Source: Iphione sp. A-MEVVRFRX5 (lineage: Eukaryota). Taken from it: 64,000 bases of DNA. The position numbers were made by a program, and so were the translations under genes. Every line of letters begins with the position of its first letter. The first letter of the stretch is position 1. Under the pieces are notes generated by a model that saw only the letters and a program-made list of their open reading frames with translations, ran no database searches and was not told where the DNA came from. Shown here piece after piece: positions 37,064-50,200 of this stretch. Where the stretch lies: NCBI GenBank assembly GCA_976226885.1, contig OZ320317.1, positions 82,894,001 through 82,958,000 on the forward strand, read 5' to 3'.

Positions 37064-39600
37064 AAACATTTGGAAAATTGAAGTAGCATTTAAAAAAAAA
37101 TGCATGCTACGAACATTTACGATAACAAGTCTCAGCTGAACGCAAAACTGTCAGAATGAAATAGGCCTATTCAGCACATCATACTGGAAGTAGAATGTCA
37201 GAATCTTTTTTAACGTTGGTTTCTCATAATTCACAAACAAGTGTTTTTGTTATATTGAACTATATTTTGTACTTACATGTATATAAGTGACGCAAAGGCT
37301 TGTGAGCATTTGTGCAAAGTGCTGTGTGTGTATGTGAGATGTAAATTTTGTACCTTTTGTAGATAGCTTTAATGGAGTCACTCATTACATGTACATGTAG
37401 TTTTGTTCATAATAACCTTTTAAGGGCAGTCCAATAGATTTATCAAGATATTCTCGACTATCCGTCCATTACCAAATATCCGTCCACTTGAAAATGTATT
37501 AAAGAAAGGTAAAGTTTCTAGTGAAAAGTATGACTGCCAAAATATTTTAGCACACTATACATCTTGTTTGATCTAGTTTAGTTCAGTCATAATTTGTTTA
37601 TACTAGAAAGATATTTCAGTGAGGTTAGGCACATAGGGGGACCTCCCGTGCAACTCCGTGGGGTAAAGGGGCTCTTATGACCCTTTGATCCTAGACAACT
37701 TCCCCAACACTTCAAAGCTACCAGAACATTTGAAAAGGTCCAATATAAAAATTACCAAACACAAGCTGATATTTTAAAAGGGGAAACAAATCCAAAGAGC
37801 TTACTGGTTGGGGGAGGGGTGTCTTTCGGGTATGACAAGAACAACATTTTGACAAATATCACATCAGATGTTTCGAATGTGGTAAACCAGCGTAGAACCC
37901 CTGTGTGACTGCACAAAATATGTCATGGAGTATTCCCTGCCCATGAATACCTATGTCTCCTGGACTCCAGAAAGTAGTCCCATTTGTTCAGCGTTAACCA
38001 ATCCTCCCAGTGATGGTATTCGGGTGTCATTCGTTGACTGGTGAGATACCTTCCTTTTCCTCTCCGCCATCATGAAGAGTCTTGAATGCAAGTTTATTCT
38101 CATTATTGGTGTGTATATGAGCTAGACGTGGCAATGCTCTGCTGTCCTTTGGGTGCCTCATTATTGGTGTGGTGCCCTTGCCCTCCCCCCTTTCTGTGGG
38201 GGCCCCAGGTGCCACTGTAGCAGTATGCATATGTGAAAAACAAAAGAAAAGATGCCACACCAGGTGATTGAAGGGTAATGGGCTGCACCTTGTGGAGGCT
38301 GTCGGGAGCCCCCCCCCCCCCCCCCCCCCGCCAAGTCCCATTTGGTGAGTCAGGCAGGAAATGTATGAATGTAAACACAGTCTGAAGAGAACCAGCACTG
38401 AAGAACGGACTCCTTCCGAATAAAATTGCAATAATCCATATACATGTAAATGTGGTTTCAAGGAGTAAAATAAGGAATGATACAGTTGTACATACCTGAT
38501 CAAGTAATCATGACCAACTTGAATCTCAAAGGTAAAAGGTTTGCATAGAAATGTTGGGAAAATGCTGTTATCCATGCATGTTATGTTATTCCTTTTACTA
38601 TACGCCCTGAGAAATTTTATGTCTGCACACTGATAGAATAAATAATACTGATGTGGGTAATTAATGAATATGAATTGTTAAATCAAGCAGGACATTTAGA
38701 AACCGGAAGTGCCTTATAAAAGTACAGTTACATTCTTTGATCTAAATGAGCATTAGCACAGAATTTGTTACACATACCAGCAACCAGGTCTCTCTACGTG
38801 GGGTAAGAGAAAACTTGAAAATTAATTTTTCCTGTTGATACTATAACACAATACTGAATACGTGTAATTTACGAATATTACCAGTAAAGCTTTTGAGTAA
38901 ATCCTTTTTTCTGTAATTGAAATTAATAAAGATACAGTGTATATAAGTACTATATGGTGTTATCATTACATATTTTTAGTAGAGCTGGATTTTTACTCGA
39001 ATTACCAATCACACAAAACTTTATGGTACAGTCGACAGACATATTTAGGCAACTCTCACAGAAAATTGTGTACCAAAATGTATTCTCCAGGATGGTTTTT
39101 TTTTTTTTTTAGTGAAAATCATAGTTCAATTTGATATTTTAAATTGTTTTGTTATGGCTGTATCCAGAAGACATCAGGAGTCTGTACTAATCTTTTTAGT
39201 ATTATACAATAATTCCTTCCTGTAGTTTTTACTTGTCCCGGAGAATACAGCTGGTACACTTTATGGTGAGAATTGCCCATTTACATTATAACTTAAATAT
39301 GTGCATACCAATGTCCACATCAAATGTTACGCCACAATACATATATACTGGTTCTTCAAAATCCAATTGATTTCTAGGATTATTTTGTGATTCTTATGGT
39401 GTATCTCAGTTGTCAAGGTGAAGTATCAGTTTGTTGTCTAGGGCTAATCAGCCACCTCAGATATGATGTGCTGTCTGGACATAAGCCACCTGACTAGTCA
39501 CAAGGTAGCACATCCTGTCATTGAGTGAATTGGACCTGCCTCTCTAGAAGTGCGTGCGTGGCTAGATGGGCTGGCTTGACATGGTATACCTTTACTAGCA

Positions 39601-42060
39601 GCAGGAGGCCGATTCATGTGTTTCCTGTTGACATCATGTAAAAGATACATTGATTTGCCGATTAGTTGTATATCAGCCACACAATTTACACAGATGTGGC
39701 TTAATGTCATCCAATTTTCACAAAAAAAGTATACATTTTCCTCAGTTGTACATTTAAAAAAAAAATCTCTACAAAAAAGCACAATATCCAGTGATGGTTA
39801 GTCGTGGTCAAGTTCACTGCTTTACTTTGACATTGCATCTATGATGCATTCTTTCAATTGCAACTTGTAAGGTTAAGGCAGTCAGTACTGGATAGATAAA
39901 CAGTAGCAGTTACTGGCTGTTTGTGTTTTCCTCAGAGATGTAGATATAAAGGGTTCTGTCCTGTTTGGACTCCTCGATCCTAGCGTCCCCCCCCCAAACT
40001 CCTTTCCTATCACTCCCCCTTTCTTTCCTGACATTTTTTTTTAATGAGAAGACTTCTGCTATTTGCCTTTAGTCGTAAAAGTAATTGCTTAATAATGAAC
40101 TCTCAGACTTTAGTTCACACTCCACACACTAGGTGTCTAGCTGAAATATGTCATGTGGTCTTGCCGGCCACACACTAAGAGCTAGTTGTCGTATGGCAGC
40201 CACTTGGTTAACAGGCATGTGCTCACAGCTCAAGCTTCCTCACTGTTCTATAATTCATTACTTATTCTTAATATTTTAGCCAGTTTTAGTCACTAGCTGA
40301 ATGTTTTTACTTAAAAGCAATCTCTAAGCCATAGGCTGGAGTAACAAGCTGCTTAGAGCAACTTTGCCAAACTCTTGACTGGAAATTTTGCTTGCTCAAT
40401 TTCAACAAGTTTGGATTTATGATTTTGTAGCATCCATCCATCCCACGGCGACATATACGTCACATTTGAGACATATTAGTGTATCATGGTCTATAAAGAT
40501 GTCTAGCTACAAGCAAGTCCCAGCAGGAGGCCGATTCATGTGTTTCCTGTTGACATCATGTAAAAGATACATTAATTTGCCGATTAGTTGTATATCAGCC
40601 ACACAATTTACACAGATGTGGCTTAATGTCATCCAATTTTCACAAAAAAGTATACATTTTACTCAGTTGTAGTACATTTTAAAAAAAATCTCTACAAAAA
40701 AAGCACAATTCCCAGTGATGGTTAGTCGTGGTCAAGTTCACTGCTTTACTTTGTCATTGCATCTATGATGCATTCTTTCAATTGCAACTTGTAAGGTTAA
40801 GGCAGTCAATACTGGATAGATAAACAGTAGCAGTTACTGGCTGTTTGTGTTTTCCTCAGAGATGTAGATATAAAGGGTTATGTCCTGTTTGGACTCCTCA
40901 ATCCTATTGTCCTTCCCCCCCAACTCCTTTCCTATCACTGCCCCTTTCTTTCCTGACATTTTCTTTTAATGAGAAGACTTCTGCTATTTGCCTTTAGTCG
41001 TAAAAGTAATTGCTTAATAATGAACTCTCAGACTTTAGTTCACACTCCACACACTAGGTGTCTAGCTGAAATATGTCATGTGGTCTTGCCGGCCACACAC
41101 TAAGAGCTACAGGGGAACCCCTGATTACGGATGCCCGGCCACAGCGGACGCCCCCTACTACGGACGCCCTGGCGTCAGACCCAAGCAAAAACCATCTTTA
41201 TAATGTTTTATGGTGCCCGGGCACAGCGGACACTCAGACACAGTGGACACCCCGCCTGTGGACACCCATTTTACAGTCCCAAACGTTGATTTTTGAGGGT
41301 CTACAGCGGACACTCACTGTTCTTTGATGGGCGTCACACCTCCGGTAGAGCCAGTATAGGCGTGAATCTCTCCTCTCACCCTGGAGGAATGGTCCTTTGA
41401 TGGGCGTCACACCTCCGGTAGCGCCGTTAGAGGCGCAAACCTCTCCTCTCACCCTATTCTATGTATTGAACACTATAGCACATGTGATTGCTATTTATTG
41501 CTATAAATAAATTGTTAAAATGAATCTGGATTATGACTTGGTTATTTAAACTCCACTCTACCATCACTCTACCACAATACAGTTTCGCTCTACAACTGCC
41601 AAACTCCACTCTGCCACCTTCCACATACCCCTCTGCAACAGCCCGGCTACAGCGGACACCCCCTACAATGGACGGTTTTCATTCAGTCCCGTCGATGTCC
41701 GCTGTAGAGGGGTTTTACTGTAGTTGTCGTATGGCAGCCACTTGGTTAACAGGCATGTGCTCACGGCTCAAGCTTCCTCACTGTTCTATAATTCATTACT
41801 TATTCTTAATATTTTAGCCAGTTTTAGTCCATGGCTGAATGTTTTTACTTAAAAGCAATCTCTAAGCCATAGGCTGGAGTAACAAGCTGCTTAGAGCAAC
41901 TTTGCCAAACTCTTGACTGGAAATTTTGCTTGCTCGATTTCAACAAGTTTGGATTTATGATTTTGTAGCATCCATCCATCCCACGGCGACATATACGTCA
42001 CATTTGAGACATATTAGTGTATCATGGTCTAAAAAGATGTCCAGCTACAAGCAAGTCCCA
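39601..42060. repeat. Tandem duplication of a ~922-bp unit (39601-40522, 40523-42060)
   Basis: Near-identical units; the second is lengthened by a MITE insertion. Confidence 0.95.
41110..41720. mobile_element. 611-bp MITE with a demonstrable TA TSD
   Basis: Empty site GAGCTAGTTGTCG in unit 1 vs GAGCTA-CAGGGGAACCCC...GGGGTTTTACTG-TAGTTGTCG in unit 2. Confidence 0.92.
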
Positions 42061-42083
42061 TTTACATTTAATTATGTCCTGTA

Positions 42084-42634
42084 CAGTGAAACCTCAGTTA
42101 GCGCACACCTGTACATAGTATATTACCCTTACTATGGATAAAGAGACCACAGAACCATATGAAAACCGTGTCACATTTAATGTCTCCTGGACAAAGACAC
42201 TAGCATATAGCAGACTCTTCCCTGAGGACCGGGTCTCGATAGTCCTAAACCAGGAATTTCACAGGCCATTGTGGACAAGAGGAGGATCTCCTCAGACCTA
42301 AAAACACCTCAGGATGGTATGATGAATGAGCTGCGAGAGGTCAGGAGGACCAGTGGGACAATGCCGGGCATGTCTTTAGATCGTCCAACATATTTGTTGC
42401 ATATTTCTGCATGTTTCCATCAAATTTGCTGCTTTTAAGCCTTTTTTTTCATCAAAATTGCCACTTTTGGGACATTCGCTCATCAAATTCTCTGTTTTTA
42501 GGATGTTGACTTGTCAGATTTGCTGCTTTTAGAACATTTCTTTAGCAACATTTCAGCTATTGAGGACACCCTCTACTGTGGCCACAGCGGCAAAAGTCCC
42601 AGTGTCCAGAGTCTGCAGTAGATAGGTTCCACTG
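42084..42634. mobile_element. Degenerate MITE containing the ~31-bp minisatellite
   Basis: TIR CAGTGAAACCT / AGGTTCCACTG; decayed CATCAAATT..CTGCTTTTAGGAC units at ~42420-42560. Confidence 0.55.
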
Positions 42635-44290
42635 TTTGTGTTCTTGTAATTTGATAGTTATTGGTCTTCCTGTTCGACCGATATTATTCCCCACATGCTG
42701 AACATGTTAACATATAGGTTACTACATTGGATTTACAAAGGTTTCCATCATGTATCTGATCGGTTGTGCCTGTGGTATGTCATGTGAATTTCCAATGGTG
42801 ACTTTGTTGCTGCAGCATTCTATGCTGGCAGTCTGCAAGGAAGCATGAGTCTGTTCTCACCTCAGAGGATCTACAAGGGGTCAGTAGGTTTTTTCCCACC
42901 AGGTAGAAAAACATGAAAAAGTATGGAAAATACACCTGGGCAAAATTAGTTTTTTTCCAGCCATGAGCGGAAATCATGCAAAACAAATTACACAAAATTA
43001 TACACTTGAAATTACATATGGATGTGAGAATACAAAACAATATTTGGATTTTATACATACATTATCCCCTCAACCTGGGACCACCGTAGAAATCCAAGCA
43101 TCTCACTCTTCCGGCCAATAAACTAAAGGAACAGAATTAATCCCCATATGATCTAATATTTTAGCCCTTCAGCCATTCGGCCATTCGAAGGTGTCTGTGA
43201 CAGTCCTCTAACCCTCATACTCCTTAGATGAATCCCACCCAATGACCACATTCTCAAATCTCTCCTCACTTTATTCTTCAATTTCCCATCATTTGGAAAC
43301 CAAGAAAGGATATATAGAGGATACTCTGACATCTATGTTTGACCCTTCAGTAATGCGACCATTCCTTATTCCGACCCGATCCGTTTGGAGCCAAAGGAGG
43401 TAACATTTCGGAGAGGATGCTGTATTTAATTTTGTAGCTATCCTATCTTGAATGGAGGGTGACTTGGACTCTGATGAGCCTAATAGCCAGTTTCCCATTC
43501 GACTGAGCTTATCTGTTGATGTCACCTCGGATGAGATACCATCTTATTGCGACTTGACCATTCAATCTTATCTCAGAGGTCTCGAGATAAGGTGTTGAGA
43601 TCTAGTAGTATATGAGTATAGGGTAAAATACATGGCTAAAAATGTATAAATATTGAAGTGTGGATGTGTATCCTGGTAAAACTGCGTCTTGTGTGCCCAT
43701 CGGAAATAATTATCACCAATTCTATTAAAACTGTCTTTTGTGCCGATCAGAAAGAATTATGCCCAATTCTATCGTAACTGTGTCTTTTCTGACAATCAGA
43801 AAGACTTCTGACCAAACCAGTGTTTTTATTCTATAACAAATGATATGCAAATTAGATATAATTTTACATGATTCTGATGCCTGCTAAAAAGCTTCAATCT
43901 CTGCACTATTGATCCATGGTCTGGACAATGTGTAACTTTACGCCAAGACACTTCTAGACCTGGCTAAGGGTTTTTTGTCTTATCTCTGACATGGGCTGAA
44001 TGAGAAACCCACAATCTCTGCCCCAAGATAACAGTGTAACCACAAGAGATAAGTAGTGAGCAAGGGAAAATCATAAGCCAAGGGTGGCATCTTGCGTACA
44101 GTCTCGGGTGGTTCATGGATGAATGGGAAACTGGCCATAAGTCTTGGAGACAGGATGGAACAGGCGTCTGTCCTCCATCATGTGGCATCCCGAAGAGTGT
44201 TTTATGCTCGTAGATATTTGAGGGCATGTTGGCTAGAGTGAAAACTCAAAAACAAGGATGAACAGAGTAATAGAGGGTAGGGTCCAACAA

Positions 44291-44390
44291 CCTCCAGCAC
44301 CAGTTTCATCCTGCTTGATGGAGAGGGAGGGAGGGAGATACCTCCAGCACCAGTTTCATCCTGCTTGATGGAGAGGGAGGGAGGGATATA
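44291..44390. repeat. 50-bp direct tandem duplication
   Basis: CCTCCAGCACCAGTTTCATCCTGCTTGATGGAGAGGGAGGGAGGGA occurs twice. Confidence 0.95.
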
Positions 44391-47290
44391 CACACACACA
44401 CACAAAAACACAAAGAGACGAGTGTACGTTTGTCGATGCACCTATGAAACACATACAAAAGCAATCGACTGTATTGCTTCAGTCAGAAAATGAGATCCAA
44501 GAAATGTTTCGTTTGATTTCTCTTTATTAGCGTTTCGCCATTGCACATTTCTGTTAATTATTTGGTTCCAGTTAAGCCTCTGCTCTCAGGTTGTTCAAGT
44601 AATTTATATACATGGCATTCCAGATTATACTATCGAACACATACTTCTCAAATTCATTCAAAACATAGTTTTACAGAAAGTTGGAGAAGCACCTAAATTA
44701 AAATCCCACAAATTATAAGTCTAGTAACATAAAATGTGTATATGGCCTCGTCAAACAATGGGTTCATGAGGTACTCTGTCCAGTTGCTAAAATGGGAAAT
44801 TTAATCGGTTCTGCTTTCGAAAAAAGCGCCAATCCAAAGTAAATCAATGAAAATGTGATGTGTAGACGTAACCTCTGGGTTGACGTATGCTGCATGACCG
44901 AGTACAACCAACTATCCATGTGGTCCAACTAAACTTTCCTGTAGCCTAAACCAAATTGAAATCTTCTCAACCTAGAGTTTACACAAGTACATTTCTCCTA
45001 CTACAGTATTGAAATAAATATTCTGACAATCCAATTTGGTCCTAAGAAAATGACTAAACACATCACTGTACATATATCAGGTACATTTTCGGCAATATTG
45101 CAACTGGCCACACTGAACTCTAATCCCTCATACTCGTGTACCACAAAAAATGATTGTGATGGTCGTTACATGACAGAGAATGTCATTATGATTACAGTGA
45201 TACAAATTAGTACCTCTGTACTTATAGAATATCTAAACAAATCTTCCTTTATCCACAGAAAAATGATCTAAAAGCAATGATAATTTTAAAGAAGGTTCCT
45301 TTTGTAAAATGTATAAGAAATTACTTTTGGTTATTTGTAAATACCTGTACATAAAGCATGTGGATTTATACATTATCCTAGATTATGATACACCTGCAAA
45401 GATTACAAGATCAAAGTGTTTTATAGGTATGACATTAATAAAAAAACACCGTCTCCCAGGAAATGTAAATTTTATGTAGTCGGATAATCATATAGATATG
45501 TTTGATGAAGACTGTCACTGAAATCTAATTTTGGAATGTCGTGCTCTCCAGACACTAATAAAAGACATCCAACTGATGAAACAGTAAATAGGAAACTCTT
45601 CGATGATCCCGACAACCGTTTATATACTTGTCCATTCATTCCAGACAATATCTTCATATACAGGAATATATAACATGATACAATATTATAAATAAGGGCA
45701 ATTATACTGTTGATCCATCTGTTTTAAAACACAAGTAATTTAAGATGATCATTCAGAAGAAATCCAACGCATAATATCTGCTGCCCACTAAAGGAAACTA
45801 GTTTTACCATCAGCCCAGTTAAAAGAGGGATATTATACAGGAAATTATTATTTGAAACTTTTAATTCTGTATGCATCTATTCAAAACCCTAAGCAAATCC
45901 GGAATGAGTTCGGATAGTTTACCCATGCAGTCCAATCTATAATTTCACCATGAATCTGCAAGTGAGTTAGTACTCATTTACCTGACCTGCCATAAGGACA
46001 GGTGCGGTCCTACAGGTTCTCTTTTTTCGACCTCTGTTAATCAAGTACAATGAAGACTGACGTGTTCCAAGGAAGGGACCCCCCCCGAAGTGCTCTACAT
46101 ATTGCTCTGTTGTATGGAAGCCTCATCATTGTGCTAAGGTGCGTGGGCAAACTTCCAGGTGCTGACCAAAGAATTACTACCATTAAAGCACATTAGCTTT
46201 AAATATCTCTGGAATCATTCCATCCTAAATCTAAAACAATGACATGAAATGGTACTCATTTTTTTTACATTGAGCAGAATGTAGTAAGCCTTACCCTCCG
46301 GGAGAAAAACAAGGATTACACATGAAAGAAAGTTTTTTTTTTGCGGTATTGACTGATTTTTTCCTATACCATCAGTGTCTATTCCCATTGACTTTCACGA
46401 ACTTGAAAGATCCTTTCAGATGAACGATTTGAACAGAAAAAAATTGGGTTTGATACGACCATGTCTTGAATTTTGAAGGTGTTTTCTTAGACATGTTTGA
46501 CATTGGCATGTACAGTCGCCCTACAGGTCTTCCTCAAGAAAGAGAGACAAATGACCATCCTTTCCGCCATGACCTATTTTCCTTGGGCGTGACTGGCTGA
46601 CAATACTATACAGCTATATACAAGACTGTGTGAATTCGTTCAAAAGTCCTATCGGTTTATCACATGAGAAGGTTCTTGCTTAAATGGCGCACATTATCCC
46701 CAAAAAGGAAACGAGGGGGCCACCGGATGAACTGTACACAATGCAATCACAAAAGCTGGAGCGGGCGGAGGGCAAGTCCATAGAATATCAAAGAGATGTG
46801 TATCCAGGGATCAAAAAGGTCAACTATTACCTGGAGTCATTTGCGTCCCACGTCACATTCTGGCCAAGCTCACTGGGTGTGGATGTGACCCTTTTACTCT
46901 GTATCCCAAGAATCTAAAAGGTCTACCACTACTTCGAGTCATTTGAAAAGTCCCGCATCCCATTTTGGCCAAGCTCACAGTACGTGGATGTGACCCTTTT
47001 TCGCTGCCATACTCCTACTCGTTTGATTTTGGAATGCCTCAAATGTACGGTAGTGCCATTTTCCCTACAGACTTGCCTTTGAAATCGCCCAGATGGCCCC
47101 AAACCGAACCTGAGTTACACGTACATTTTGTGTACACCCTCTTCACCTACATGTCTTTTTAGATCTATTCCCAAATCGTTAAGGTGTCTTGGTGTCTTGT
47201 GCTGGGTATTCATCTTGACAGAATAATTGTTTCCCAAAACGCTGTTTCGGCATTAGAGATTAGAGTACTGACATTACTGTTCCTCACAAT

Positions 47291-50200
47291 TTACTCCAGT
47301 TTGGCTTTGGCCTGAGCCAGACGTGGCTTGTTCACAAAATCATTGCCGTAGAAATATATGGCACCCAGTGATAGGATGCTGGCCGAACCCCAGAAGAGAA
47401 CATACATGATCTGTTCACTCGGATTCTCTGAAATGAAAAGTTTGTGAGTGGTTAAAATATACAACACCATCTCGTGTGATGACAGGATGCACGTCACGAC
47501 TACATTGGAGTTAACAGGATTATAAGTGGCCAGTTTTTTTTTCGAGTTTAAGCCCAAATTCATTAGGGCAGATTTTCATTCAGCAAATGACCGATACTCA
47601 CCTTAGCAGATACATCGTAAGTAATACAGGGGTATTGTTAAAGAAATGATCTGTTCTTAAGTTCAAATAGAATATACGAGTGAGGTACTTGCCATCGGGG
47701 ATGAGAATACTGATTATAGCCATGGAGAATGCAACTATGAAGATAGTCGGGAGCTGGAAGAGAGGAAGAAGTGTCATGTTTAACTACTCAAACGAGTTGG
47801 CAAGAATATGAGCATGGAAAGAAACAAAACGTAGGAAATGGTTGTGCATACCACAGCTACGTAAGGAGGGACAAAAGGACAGCATGGAAAAGTCATGTTT
47901 AAAAATAGATTATTATGAGAGGCTTACCGCGAAGAACTTCCAGTCCCGCTCTTGAATGAAAGGCGATGGTTTGGTTATGCCTTCCGTCTCTTCCACGACG
48001 TGGTTGCCAAGGAAAAGGTCAACAGCATCCTGTCAAAAAAATGTAGAGTAGAACACGTTTCATGGAATACACGTTTCATTCCATCAGGAACGCAGTGGGG
48101 TTTTATACAGAATTCACGAACAGAATCCAGAGATAGTTACCAATCTATCAATATCAAATATTCTTTAAAGATCTGTAATTCAATAATCAAATAAGGCCTC
48201 GTCACTACAGGTTTCAAAAAGTCTCAGTAGATAATAGTAGATTCAAGATTCAACTTTTTTTATTGAGCATTCCGGTGTCACCATTACTGGAGATTTTCGA
48301 GAGATGCCTAGTATAATTTAACCCCATCAGAAAAATTTCTTTACAGTTGATTACCAAGGAGATCAATTCATTGTACAGATATACAACAACTCAGCATTTC
48401 ATTAATAGGAAAATGGCTGCATTGTCGGTGTTGTTTGTCGAAGTTCATGCTATATTCAAGCTAGAACCCCTGCTCAGGGTGAACTAGATTAAGCTTTTGT
48501 ATACAGACAAATCAAAATGTACCATGCATAAAAAAACCCTGACCTTCATACCCACATAGATGTACATCATTTGTATGTATGGTTATTAGTTATGAAACAT
48601 AACGTAATGCAGCTAAGCAACGAACAGGGAATTAAGCCATTTGCTTGGAGAAAAAGACATCATTTTGAAACTAACCAAGATCCTCCTACAAGAAGGGAAA
48701 ATGTGACCACAAATTCTATCCACTACTGGTTATAGGAAGGTGAAAATAGGCATTTCATCCTCTAAACCCCCACGAGAGAGGGACGCTAGTTTGTCGGGCT
48801 GAATCTGTGCCTGATTGGACTGTTATGAACCTGCCTGAATCTACAAGAAAATGACGTAACAGTGGCAGTATGTCCTGGAGGATCACGGGAAACGTAGAGG
48901 ATTTACAAGTTATGTCTGAGAGGAGATCTTTGCCATGTTCTCCACAGGTCAAGTCTGTGTCAATCTCAATGGCAAGACTTCATATAAAAACAATCATCTG
49001 AGGTTTTCTGAACTTTACGAAATACACTGGATTAAGTAACAAACACTAGATGACATGGCTAACACGTTATATATATAGAAAACCGTGAACGTCATCATGT
49101 TTTTAAAAACGATCGCCCAGGGACCTATCGCATCTGTTACTATTTTTGTTTTGTTTTGTTTTACCTGTCGATAGCCGTCGATAAAGTTGTTCATCACATA
49201 GCGGACGGCTGAGTTGTAGCCATCCTTGATGAGCCCCCACTTAGTGCGAGCACCCGTCCTAGAAGACAAGAAACACCACCCAGGAGGGGGCCAGCTGTAC
49301 AGTTGCTCGCTGCTTCAAGGTGGCCACCTCTACTGCCTATTTTAACCACACTTAGGCTTCGGTCACATCTCTGAAGCTCACATACATAAGCAGCAGAAGG
49401 ATAGCAAGTGAAACCCAGAGTTAAGGAGTGATTTCAGTGGTGGAAACGTCTCTCAACGAACTGCGAGCGCTTGATGGAATTTCAAAATAATGTCCTCAGT
49501 GGTGGAAGGAAAATAAGTCTTCCCCGGGGCTAGAAGTTAACAAATTGTATCTTTTTCGGAAAGAAAGTCGCTTGTTGAATCGAGAAATGATAGTTGTACA
49601 TCATGCACTGGTTATGAGAGATCCCAAACGTTTTCACCACTGTACACGTGTATCCTGTATTGTAAAAAGAAGTATTCAGAGGCGTTGCAGCAATCAAACT
49701 CTACGTTTGACATCAGCATCCAGTGGGCCGTTAGTAACACACAAAACAAACTTGTAACATTGTGGAAGCTTCAGTCATTCCATCCCTACTGCAGCTAGTG
49801 AGAAATGACAATACCGTAACGACACCCGTTAACACATCAGCCGAATGGTGACAGGTGTGTCGCTATACAGAGTACACATCATTCAAAAAATCATCCAAAA
49901 GGGTGATTTTCTGTAACATGAAGGTTAGCAGTGAAGGACAATTCATTATTGACTTAAGGCATCAATCAAGATTTCCAACAGCCAACTAGAGCCCATGCAG
50001 TTATGTCACCCAATGAAAAAAAAAAACATGTCACCCAGAGTACATTCCGTCAATCTCAAGAGCACTTCACATGTTTGATAGCAAGCGTAGGTTTGTGGCA
50101 GAACAGAGGCGAGGCCCTAGTGGCATGAGAACTCCTCCTAGTTCAGAACGATGGGCTGCTAGGGCAGAGGGGGCGCCACCGGTTCGGATACCTGGCGAAA

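Noticed and set aside
36731-37139. 124-aa minus-strand ORF with an internal repeat
   Set aside because: Antisense of the TMEM231 last exon and its duplicate
43080-44260. Possible decayed LINE fragments
   Set aside because: Only vague resemblance, with no diagnostic RT or endonuclease motif
46684-46917. 77-aa + strand ORF (MAHIIPKK...)
   Set aside because: No recognisable homology or downstream exons; lies in the probable SAC1 3' UTR region and overlaps a direct repeat
47600-47650. Extra SAC1 exon ([10 protein letters not shown]) ending in GTGAG
   Set aside because: Incompatible in phase with the terminal exon and absent from the known SAC1 sequence
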